NCBI GenBank assembly: GCA_900088475.1
Contig: FLMG01002763.1
Location: 74,776-138,775 of the forward strand
Direction of reading: 5' to 3'
Origin: Hyphochytrium catenoides
Taxonomy: Eukaryota; Protista; Hyphochytriomycota
DNA length: 64,000 nucleotides
Part shown: positions 17,601 to 29,275 of the stretch, in pieces
Numbering within the stretch: position 1 is the first letter of the stretch
Layout: the number at the start of each line of letters is the position of its first letter
The notes under the pieces: model-generated
Seen by the model: the letters and a program-made list of their open reading frames with translations, nothing else
Database searches by the model: none
Told to the model about the DNA's origin: nothing
Made by a program: the position numbers and the translations under genes

Positions 17601-19109
17601 CAGGGGATAACGTGAACACCGCAAGGTCGATTGCCCTCCAATGTGGAATCCTAAATGAATTGAATGATGGCACACGACAAGGCTCCGTTATGGAAGGCCC
17701 CGAATTTCGTGCCAGAGTCTTGAGCAGGTTTGAGCGTGGTCTCTTTTGATGCATTTTTGCTTAGTTCCTGATCGCGAATTCGACCTAGCAACGGCAAGAT
17801 AATCCAATCAGAGCTTGACAAAATATGGCCCACCCTACGGGTTCTCGCACGATCGTCTCCTGAAGACAAATATGTGCTAGTATCGGGGATTATGGCATCG
17901 ACGTATGTCTCGCTGTGTCCTCAGATAGTAGCTGTCACAGGCGATGGAACCAATGACGCGTAAGTACGTTCATAGACCAGCCAACGTGCAGACCTTTGGG
18001 CTCACCTCCTACTTTCTTCTTCCTAGCCCGGCGTTAAAGAGGGCTAGTGTCGGATTTGCAATGGGTGTATCCGGGACTGCGGTCGCAAAGGACGCCTCTG
18101 ATATTATTATTATGGATGACAATTTTGCGTCCATTGTCAATGCCGTCAAATGGGGTCGAAACACCTATGAATGCGTCTGCAAGTTCCTTCAATTTCAGCT
18201 TTCTGTCATTATTACCGCTGTCTCTGTTGCCGTCATCTGCGCTTTAGTCATACAGGATCCAGTTCTGACTGCAGTGCAGCTTCTGTGGGTCAACCTCGTT
18301 ATGGTACGTTTAATCCATATTACTGATGTACTTCTGAGTCGAGGACCACTGATGGTGGCATGTGTTGATGTTCCAGGATGCTTCGGCGTCTCTTGCCATT
18401 ACCACAGAACAACCGTCGGGGGACGTGCTACGGCATGGACCTCAAGGCATAAATCGGCCCTTGCTGTCAAGCATAATGACGAAGCACATCATTGGACAAA
18501 GTGCATATCAGATGACAGGTATTAGCTGATTGGTTCTTCTCCAACCTAGTGTCGCCACATCCTCCTGATGGCTGTGCGCAGTGCTATTTGTGGTCATTTT
18601 CTGTGGGCCGGACTTGTTTGGCCTAGGTTCAAGCGACAACGGACTAAAGAAAGAGAATCGGGGCCAACCCACGGTCCACTTTACTATAGTCTTCAACATA
18701 TTTGTCCAAATGACGCTATGGAACCAATTTAACTGCCGAATCCTGCGCGACGATTGGAACGTTTGGAAGAAACTGGACTGGCCATTTGTGGCCATCTTCA
18801 TCTGCCAACAAGTAGCCCAGGCGGTGGTTGTACAGTTTGGCGGATACGCTTTGCACGCCCGCCCTCTGACCTCAACGCAATGGCTATGGTGTATGCTTAC
18901 CGGAATATTAAGGTAAGCAGACATGTCAAGCTTCTCGCTCCACTGTCTGAACCTTTCTTACCCTGAAATGAAGCTTGATTGTAGGACTTGTCCTGAGGGC
19001 CGTAGGGCACATTGAGTTCTGGGACAAAGGTCAGACCTCTGAGAAGGCGGAAGAGGTTATTGCAGATGAGTCCGATGGCGGGAGAGGCTACAGCGAACAC
19101 GTCCTCTAG
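14670..19109 (+). CDS. P-type Ca2+-ATPase, P2B (PMCA/ACA/Pmc1-like)
   Basis: Many short exons. ATG at 14670 ([17 protein letters not shown]). Motifs: [19 protein letters not shown], phosphorylation site [55 protein letters not shown]. The last exon SLIVGLVLR...SEHVL ends at TAG 19107-19109. Confidence 0.93.
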
Positions 19110-19369
19110 CTGTAACGCGTCTCGCTTGATGATGAATCTACAAAGCCCACAAATGACATGCAAGGGGTGAAGAAGCAGGGGACACCGTGGCGTTCTTGCG
19201 GCTCTTTCGCTCTCACATGTTGTTGGATCATCTAGCGGATGCACTAGACCCAGCAGTGGCCTCGATCCTCGCAACACTCAGAGAAGTATATAATTCAGCT
19301 GCACCATTGTTCAGGTCTCCTTCAGACTTCTTGATATGTAGGGATAGAAGGAGCTGATGAGATTTTTAG

Positions 19370-19472
19370 CTTTTTACTGATTGGCAGATGTTCTGCCATT
19401 TTTTATACCACTGCGTAGACCTTTTTACTGATTGGCAGATATTCTGCCATTCTAGATAACACTGCGTAGACC
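19370..19472. repeat. Two-copy 51 bp tandem duplication containing a TGGCAGA-nnn-TCTGCCA hairpin and spanning the stop codon of the TBC gene
   Basis: CTTTTTACTGATTGGCAGAT(G/A)TTCTGCCATT...ACTGCGTAGACC occurs at 19370 and 19421. Confidence 0.9.
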
Positions 19473-22400
19473 TCCAAGAGCATCACTGTGCACTGCTCTC
19501 CTTCCTTCTTTAAGTCTCTGGACTTGCGTTGAGTGGCTCTGCAGTCCCTTATCGGGAGAGTAGAAGTTTACGTCATGCACCAGGCCATGAAGTGCCTCAT
19601 AGACGCGGGGAGGGACCTTCATCCGGTGGATAGTATAAAAAAGGGCCTCCTCCTACAGACAACGAGTAACAGAGGCCAAGAAAGATGAGCGAGATAAGCG
19701 CTTCAGGCTATCTGAAGTAGATGATAGCAATCAGACAACAGAAGGCAGCCACGATCTTATCACACAACGTTATGAAGTAGGTTGCGGCATACACGCAGTC
19801 AGCCGTCAGTTAGACCGCCCGGAGTCTAATTTGCCAATCGACATAAGAGGGCGACCTATTGGGAGGAAGCAGCGAAACAGAAAAGAACGTAGCCCGAGGT
19901 CCCAACTCCTACCGTGATGTATTCTTCCCAGGTGAGTTTCCAAGAGTTGGATTGTTGCAGCATTAGAATACAGTCGTCTACTTCGCTCTAGTAAAATACA
20001 ACTTGTCATTAGAGTGCGATCGGGACACAGTACCACAGAAAGGTTCCAAAGACGTCAGTGGACTCTGAGCTAAACAAGTCTCTCAGAACTATTAGCAATC
20101 AGCCAGAGAGATTAGAGTTCGTTTTGGTTTTCGCGCACCTTGAGAAGAAAAGGAGAGAGCAATTCCTGGATGGCTAATGCAGTCTTAAATAAAAATATTG
20201 TGCCTTCAAGAAGAAAACAATCCCAGACCCTAGACGCCATCTCTAGCGGCAAAGTCTGTGGGCCAAAGGGAACAAGAATAGGCCCGTAAGTGATACTTAC
20301 CGTTGAGACAACGAGAAGGTAGCTAAAAAACATATTCTAAAGCATTGGGAGGAATGGCCCCATCCGTTGTGTCACTAGAGACAGCGTGGCTAGTTATGCC
20401 CCTAACGGGTCGAAAGGCATCGTCACTATCTCAGCTTCCATTTATCCCCTACATCAACTAGTACTTCCCATAGCTCCGTCTTTTAGCATACCTGCAAGAA
20501 GAGGGTCTGCATCCAATTCATAAGGTACATGGAGGAGTCGATGCTCAGTGTGCAAAGATGTGCATGCACACGAGGGCAGTTGATGGCTAGAAGCTCATCA
20601 TATAGCGAATAGTACCTGACTGTATCGAGATGATTAGTTCATTACCTTTTCTATCCTGAAAAAGACATAGGGTGGCCATCAGAAAAGAGCCCAGATAGCA
20701 GGCCGTAAATAGGACGAAGTGAACGACAGTTTGAAGGCTGTTATAACTTTTCGCACCTGCAAGTCTCATGTCAAGTAAATAAAAGACGAAGAGGTGCTCC
20801 GTCGTCATTAGGTTTGCGAGACACTGAAATGCTAGGTAACTGTGTGCCAAGTATGTAACAGTTGTCAGAAATTGATCACGGAGTTAGCGCGAATCTTAGC
20901 ATGAACAGAGATGACAGTCAAAGCTCATATTTTTGACAGTAACCGTACACGCCATGCCACGTAAGGTTTAATAACTTCTCGATCCAGGTGCTTCCCTTAT
21001 AGCCAAGGGGCCAATTACTCTCTTGCCCTTGGCATTGTTGTCCCGAGCTCTTTTGTCCGTCATACCTGTTATCTCCCATATAGAGACTTAGCATAGCTGC
21101 TAGGTAGCTCATGCCTTGGATATATCCCAAATCAGGCCGGTAGCAAGCGAAGGTACTCAGGATTTCCAAAAGTTGGCTATAATAGGGACCCGTTGGGTCA
21201 AATAGACAGAGTGCAGGGAACGTCCGCGGAAGGTCGGTGTGAATTAGGGCCATTGACTCCTCTTTTCCCAAGTGTCCTATGGTAAGGGAGGAGCAGTCTC
21301 TACTTCCGCTTGAGAGCTGCAATAAAGGAGAATGGGGCTTAGGGACAGATATGGGTGCGCACGGAATCTGACGGGAGATAGAACATGGACGGAGAGCTCT
21401 CACGGATCTTCACAATAGGGAGAAAACCAGCTATCTCTGTTGTCAGCGAGGATGCACACGATCAACGGTGCAGCGGTAGAAGTAGTGGTGAGCGGTTATT
21501 TGGACCCAAATCAACATCAATCTACCAGTAGCACTGTGACAAACTGACAGCTTAATTGCAAAAAGGTAAAAGGCCTTCTCAACCGACTTACCCGCTTTGA
21601 ACCATCTGGATTGAGTTAAGAGATAGAGCAAGAGTAGACGTCAGGCAAAGGGAGATTCAGAAAAACTCGAAAGCACTGGATAGTGGTCACTAGTCACGTG
21701 TATCTTTCGCCAACCCCTTCCCTATCTCATGACTCCCTTTTCCTCTACTTCCGCGCTCGACAACCTTGTTCCCCCTGCCCTAACACCCTTCCCTTATCTT
21801 GACAAGTCCTTGGTCCCTACCTTCTTGACGGTCCAAATATAGCGTAGTCTGCTGCTTAGCTCTCTGCTTGAAAATGTCAAAGAGCTGAGGGGTCATCTTC
21901 AAGGAGTTTCCTGAAAAGAGAGGAAACGCACCAGTAAACTGATGAATGGTAGCGAATATGCATATAGGTGACAGCATTGGAAGTTTAATAGACGAATACA
22001 CAGTGAGAAGGGAACGGCAAAAGCCAAATGGACAAAGTGATAACTAAAATGGGGGCGATGTAAGGCTCAACGATGCTTGGAGGACTTGTTCCCAGTCTGT
22101 GTGATGGACAAAGTAAGAGAAGAACTGCCATTGACCACTAGACCAAACAATCAAATAGAGCAAGTAGCCAGAGGACTAAATTATGGAGATGGAGCACATG
22201 TACCTATAGCTAGCGGCCAAATATGTGTACGCAGCGATGGAGGGAGGCCCTGTCTCCAAAGAGACCCTGCAAGCTTGTTTTCCAGACCCCGGTCCCAGTC
22301 AGGCAATACCTTCAGCTGCCACATCTAGTAGAAAGGAAGGGATAGTTATAAGAGAGCTGCCTGTAGCACTTGCCTTTAGGTCGAAAACACGATAGATATA

Positions 22401-25400
22401 GACACTTCTGTTGACCTATAGGACGCAGGTGGTTGACGATTGATCAGGATGGAAGAGTAGTAGATACCGTCAAGTACTTCTGGATTAGCTTCTCCTTCTC
22501 CTTACTCTTCTCTGTGCTATCGGATCCTGAGCATGTTCACGGAAAGCATCGTCAGAGACCGGGCGAGAGATTGAAAAGGCAAAGACCAACCAGCATCAAG
22601 TTTCCAAAGACGCCATACAACCAAGTATCAGATTATGAGTCAACACGTGCCGAGAGCAAAAGAGACGAGCGCCTGTGAATTCTGCCACCTTTTGGGTCGC
22701 CAGAGGTTCCCTCATTACTTTCATCAGGTACTGCTCGGCTTCCATCCGCTGAAGCCAAGGAAGATGGGGACCGTAGTTTTTGGAGGAGAGTAGTGAATGT
22801 ATCTCCACAGCTGATAGAGTATGAGCAGGAAGGATCAAAGCAATCAACTCGCTGTAAGACCAAGAGACCAGGTAGGGGAGGAGTGTTAGGAGTGAATGAA
22901 CTGGTCGAGACCCACTAAAAGCAAGGCCTAGAACCACAATAGAGAATGATTAAGCGAGAGTGATACGGCGGTTCCTGTGCGGTCTGGCGCTTGGTTTCAG
23001 TCTGTTCTCTAGTAACAACCTTTGACCATTCCTTGGCCCAACTTTCCTAGTTCCCGCTCTCCCATATGTCTTGCCTGCGCTCCACTATGCAAAAGCCCGG
23101 CTTTCTCAAAGCAGCCCTCTGCCCACTTCGCACTTTGTTACAACCTACCTGGGGCAGGTCCACATTACTGGTATGTCCTAAACCGAGGGCACCGCTATTA
23201 TTTAGTCCCCAGGACAGGAGTGTGCCTTGTATCGTGAGCGCGGATGAGTGAAAAGCCCCACAAGCGATTGAAACTATTTTCTCTCCACGAGTGAGGACCT
23301 GAGAGAGAGGAACTCTCTGCGGGAGAGGCTTGAGGATAATGGGAGGAATGCGGGGGAGAGGATGAGATATTTNNNNNNNNNNNNNNNNNNNNNNNNNNNN
23401 NNNNCCTGGAAAACTGTTCTAGTGCCGAGTTGTCCAAACTCCCCCAAGCCCCAACTATAAAGAGTCCCGGACACCGCAAGGGCCAAGGAATGGGTGGAGC
23501 CAGAGGCAATCTTTTCAACCTAAATGAAGATGTGTACATAGGGTGTCAGGTGAAAGGCGAAGAAAGTAAGCGATTCCCCATACTTCAACAGACGTGAGCA
23601 TATGTAAAGGAGTAAGTTACAACCCTGACAGCAGGCAAGACATGCTTTATGGTCACGACACAGCTGTACAAGGAAAGAAAGGGCGCAGCACCTTGGTGTC
23701 CTCCGAATCTGCAGAAAAAGTCTTTATCAGGTCAGGGTACAACTGATCTGCAGCCTTAACCCCGTCTCCGCATTGCCCTTCGCTCTGAGCGCAGCAAAGT
23801 AGGCGCAAAGATGGGGGTCAGCGCAACTATGTGCACACGATGGAGACGCCGCCACCACCGTCGACCTACAGCCAAGTGAACAAAGCAAAGAAGGGTACGG
23901 GACTGACAGACAGACAATAGGTCGAATACATCATGCCTATCAACCGAAAAACCGGATAAATCTTGCATATCAACCGTCACCTGCTTTCCCCAGGAGAAAA
24001 CCCTTCCAGTCTGCATAAAAGAACACGAAGAGTATACTTAGCGGACACAGTCACTCCTAAAAGACCACAGACGAAAGAAAGTATAAAGCTTCAAGGAAAA
24101 TGGCTATTACCAGACTATATACGATGGCATCTTCGTGCTAGCCCACAGTTAGAGTAGGGTTGCGGAGGATAGTCGCAGAGTATTGCAAACATAGGACAGC
24201 GCAAACAAGCGACGCAAGCGGAAATCAACATGCGAGACCATGCATTCATGAACGTGATTACAGGTGAATTCCCCGGGGGAAAAACATCAATTTGCAACCA
24301 CTGGAACGGGAGAATTATGCCTCGGTTAGGTTATTAATCGGCTTTTCTCACCTCATCTACCGCCAAAGTGAAGTTCCAGCCACAGGTAAGCCCAGTGATA
24401 GGCAAATCCCTTAGGCCTGCAACTTGCTTTGGTCTTTCCCTAGAGACTTCGTCTCCATGACCAAGTCTTCCATTTCTTCCCTTTCCCCATGTAAATACCG
24501 CCCCAGCAGACGAGAGAACAACGGTGTGGGAGCCCCCGCATTGCCCAAATATGATTCTTGTCCCCAATAAGGCTAGCACTTTTTTCGGAACGGAGCGATC
24601 TTTGAGGTCCCCGTGACCAAGTCGACCATCTGCCCCCAGACCTGAGGCCAAAAATAGATGAGACGAAGGCAAGACAATAGAAGCGGCGCACCAACTGATT
24701 TTTATGAGCACTAGAGGCAAAAAGCTGTCGATGGATCGGGGAAGACCAACGCAATGCAGAGCACAGGACTAGTAAGAAGAGCATACAGGAGGGAGCGATG
24801 GAAAGCAATGCCAAAAGGAAGGACGTAAAAGGAGGTTAGTTCTGACAGCTTACCCCACGTGTATACCTCGCCGCCAGAAGCCAACGCCAAACAATGTTGC
24901 GGACCGCAGGTCACGAACGTGACTCGACGCCCGCTCAGCGCCTTTTCCAAGGCAATTCCTTGGATCAGAGAAGGAAGAGAGAAGCAAGAGGGAGAAGGAG
25001 AAGGGGATAAACTGGCGAAGGAAGGGCGCGGGCTTTGCGGTGCTGGGACGGGGTGTCTGATCTGGTAGACATCTCCAGTCGCTGTCAATGGAAAAGATCA
25101 ATGGATAAGATTGAAAGTTTGGAGAGGTGTGACGCCAGAAGGATGATAGGCTATCTGGCCAGTGGAGCCCCAGCCGCAACTCGAAGAGTATACCAACCAC
25201 TTTCTAGCTCTCAGGGAAGACAAACGATAAGGCCCACGATCAAGGGTTTCAGTCCTCTCAAAGGAGCAAATGAGGCAGTGGACGGCCCACCAGACAACTT
25301 AGATGTATATGTGAAAGGCCTCAGCAGATCAACGAGTGAGCTTTTTTAACAGGATGTCCTCAGTCCAGCGAATTCGGATAGCAAGCAGGACTAAGAGGAA

Positions 25401-28400
25401 GAAGAGGGTGACAGTGTGGTGCAAGAACGCTAACCTGTAAGATACAGTACTGTGCTACCCTTACACGCGACCTGCTGCATATTCTTCAGCTTCAACTCCA
25501 CCATTTCTCTGGGCCTAAGGATCGGTACATTGTGATCGCTCTCTGGAAGCAAACCCCAGGCGTATAACTAATAGGGGGTCAAGTTTAGAAAACGGCAAGC
25601 AAATCGGGCCATGGCCATAAAGAGAGGACTCTTAAGTCGACGATGGTTAGTAGCATGCGATAGACCGCAAGTCGAGAGAGAATTCACCTTCACCATGAGC
25701 CTCACCTTTGACGTCGGTATTGAAGCCTTAAAATTAGGGCCAGTCTCATTATTACTAGGCAAGCGCGTCCTTGCCTGAATCACCGACTAGGGACAAGATC
25801 ATGTTTGGAAGGACACGATACATAAATAAATGTAGGTAGGCGCTTGGTGATTGACAAGAGAATGGNNNNNNNNNNNNNNNNNNNNNNNNNNNNNNNNNNN
25901 NNNNNNNNNNNNNNNNNNNNNNNNNGAAAGAATACCTCTGCGATGGTCTAAGGCTTCGGCTGAGGTGTGCAGCGATAGATGAGAGAAGAGTATACATAGG
26001 AGACACCACCCGAAAGAAGCTAGAAGAGCATGCCCATTGCGAATTGCAGCTACATCTATAGTGCGATAACGGCCGATTCCAACGACAGAGAACTGCTGAA
26101 GCCACAGTGAGTGGGCAAGAGTGGATGAAAGAAACCACTGAAAAGCAATGGTACTGAGAGAGAACATTTCTTGGCCATACGTGTGGCCCAAAGCGCACTC
26201 AAAGCGGCTGGATCAACCAAAGAAAGAGTCATAGGAGAGCACTAAAAGGAATTTTAGAGCCCATGGCACCTTGGTCAGCAATCTTTTGCAAGAAATCACT
26301 CTCGGCGTTGTAAAACGATTCCCAAGCTAGGTTGACGGTGTTCAGCGCCTGAAAGGAGAATATAAAGCAAGATAAGCCAACTCTCCACGTATTTAGAAAG
26401 TAGCCAGCACAAGAGCTAACATTGCTACCATGGACTCCATTGTGGGCATAGGTGGACAGTATGTTGAGAAGGAGGAGAGGAGGGGGGAAGGGTTCTGTTG
26501 TACCAATACAGGCCAACGACGCCCGATTGAAATGGAGAGAATAAAGATGTGACAGACCTTGCTTTCCAGCTCCTCAACGCTACGTGCCCATTCTTTTAGC
26601 GGAGCATCACGTGGGTGGAGATGATATTTGGCCTACGCGATGAGCACAGGACCAACAGAAGAGTTAGGCTAAGCTGACTGCTTCTAGAGTGATGTGTTGT
26701 TGACGACTTGAGCAGGATTTTCTCCTTAACAACCAATTCGTCTGGTACATGGGAGGCAGGAAGGCGCATTGACCCGTACGGTAGACATTACCAAGCTTGC
26801 AGATACATATGGGTAGAATTGACAAGTGTTGAAGACCAGAATGAATCACACAAAACATCTACGTTTGGAAGAGTACGGAGAGTGAGAATAGGCTCCTCCT
26901 TACCCTGTCTATGTCTCCCTCGATAAACTCCTTGACCCTAAGCACGGCTGCAGAGAGCAGACGTTCCGAAAACTCCTTGAGGTGAACATTGACTACCTCC
27001 GTGATCCATTCCATTGTCTCTTCAATGGTCCAGCCTCCTTGATTGGGCTCTTTCTGCTTAGAGTAAGCACAGCAGCGACACAAATGTGGAGAGAAAGGGC
27101 CCCATCATCGTTTCAGAGTTGAGACGAGTAGGATTTAGAGATGCAACAATCTTAGTGTACACCTTTGTGCCGTTTTCTTCTGCCAGTAGACCCTGCAACT
27201 TCTTAAATTCCTCCACAAGGTAGAGTCCAGAGAGGCACCAAGATCGAGCAGACTGAATGTGCACGTCCAGGGAATTCTGAAGAGCTCCTAGGTGCGTCTC
27301 TAACCGCAACAATCTGACAAAGTTTAGCGTTAGCGTTGGAGGTAAGTCTGAGTAAAAATATACTTCCTTGTCACAGTTCATCATTAGCCTGCTATTGTTC
27401 CTGATTCAGCGCTGCATCAACCACACATTTCCCTCTTTCAAGTGCTCTTACCTAGACTCTTGCTCTGAAATAGTGTCATCGGTGGGTCTCTTTTCAATCT
27501 CAACGAAATCGAAGGTAGAGTCTTCTGAAGGCTTTGGAAAGAGAGTTAGTAACCGCTATAGCCTCGCTCGAAGACCATACCGCCAGAATCACCCACATCT
27601 ATACACGTTTCGAACCTTAGCGTAGACTTACCCTTCTTTCTGACTCTCTATAGAACCATTTATCGTCTGGGGTAGGAGAACCCGCTATGGCTCTCAAGCG
27701 GTTTGGAGTCATAGTGGAACTGAAAGGAAGGGCCCAAGAAGGAAGGGGGGGTGAAAGGGGAGGGGGTGGCTGATCGGCACCTAAACGAAGGAAGTTCGAG
27801 AAAATCTGGACGCTCATGAAGATCTATTTTGAAAGAACGAGATGGCAAGGATCGAGGCGGAAGGAAGAGCGAAAGAAGCGACGAGGGGATTGTAAGCGCG
27901 CATACAGGGGCAAGACAGGATCAATAGAGAGCTTAACTGCAGTACAATGCTCTCCGTTTCTCGCATCCTCTCTAGCTATGTTCTCTTAGGTGAGCCTAAA
28001 TCCACTATTTTCCTCGTTGCTCACCTCGTTATCGTGGAGATGTATCCTTTTTTCGTATAGTAGTTGTAGGTATTCAAACATTTGCTCGACCCATCTCTTC
28101 AGCCCTTGGTAACGGATTTGTAATTGCTCCGGAGAGAGAGCGTAAGGTTGGAGCGAGTGCTTGGGGGGCAACTCCACACGTGGCTTCAGAGCTATGGCAT
28201 CAGACACTTCGGAGATCTGAGAGTAGCGTCTGGACAGGACAAGCAAAGTGGGAAAGATAGATGGTCAGTATGCTGTGGTAGAACGAGCCTGTGTGATAAA
28301 GACCGACTGGGCTCCGAGCTCATTGTTAGCAAATAGCTTCTAGGAGAGAAACAGACTTGGAAGAGCTTTGGAAAAGGGGTTGAAGCTCGTGCCACAAAGC

Positions 28401-28728
28401 GGAGAATATACAGGCTTTGAGTGAGAGACGGAATATGGCAGAGAGTGAGAGAGAGACTACTAAGAAGAGAAGAGGAAAGACGAGAGGTGCTGCTTCTGTC
28501 GTCTACCCACCGATAGATTTTCCATCCACCGTATCCTTTCTGAGAGACCTCAAACACATAAACGGTGAAGCCCCTTCCGCCGCTTGTCTGAGCGGAATAG
28601 AATCCTAAGCCTCTCACGCTTTCGATCAGACCGAAAACATTTGATGGCCGGCTCAGGTGAAGAGAGGCTCGGCGTCGAGGCGTGCTTGGGGTGCTGCTGG
28701 ATCCTATGCTCTCTCTCAGTGGATCCAT
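19452..28728 (-). CDS. Multidomain Rab GTPase-activating protein: PX domain, helical (BAR-like?) region, RCC1 repeats, TBC domain (TBC1D12/14-like)
   Basis: PX: FTVYVFEV..WKIYR|RYSQI..LPPK..QIRYQGL (28728-28025). RCC1 repeats: SK|LYAWG, CGPQHCLAL..GEVYTWG, DGRLGHGD, CGGSHTVVL..VFTWGKGRNGRLGHGDE, GTLYSWGLGEFGQLG (25570-23400). TBC: LWKQGLPPSLRTHIWPLAI, R-finger IHTDLPRTFP, Q-finger YIQGMSY, RVWDCFLLEG. The last exon EEALFY...GLRSVI ends at TAG 19452-19454. The domains are confident, but the single-gene linkage crosses an N-gap at 25866-25925. Confidence 0.75.
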
Positions 28729-29149
28729 GACCTAGTGTCGAGGCGAGTTGAGCCCGCGCAAAAGAACCCAAGACTATGGCAATCCAAAGTGACGCAGGAG
28801 GGACAATTGGACGTGAAGTTGTTTCTCCAGAAACAGATCAGATAGTGCAATACCGCAATCTCCGTCCAATTAGAAGTTTTCTAAGCAGGATGGGAGCCCA
28901 TTTGCCTTGACATATGAGAGAGGACTTCTTCTGGGAGATCTGGAGCCAGCCGGAGAGAGATGGTCATAGGGGAGTAGGTACCAAGAGAGCAAGCGGAGAT
29001 ACGCATACAAACTTCTGACCTTCAGAACAAACACCGAGTCAGAGAGAGCCAGATGTTAGTCAGGGCCCGACAAGACCAGATGAGAAGCCGGTAGAGAGTC
29101 AAGGTGAAACCATGCGGAGGATGAAAGTGGTCGACGCCGGTGTACCGCC

Positions 29150-29275
29150 TGCAGGCTGCTGCGGCTGCTCTTGTTACTCCTCATGCTGCTCTTGCTGCTA
29201 CTCCTTCTGCTCCGCCTCAGCTGTACTCCCACTGCTGCTCCTTCTGCTGCCACAGCTCTGCTACTGCAGCAGGAG
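29150..29275 (-). pseudogene. Decayed Gln/Glu-rich (CAG/GAG) coding-like tract
   Basis: The minus strand reads GCG GAG CAG AAG GAG TAG CAG CAA GAG CAG CAT GAG GAG TAA CAA GAG CAG CCG CAG CAG, with stops inside a Q/E run and a frameshift upstream. Confidence 0.4.
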
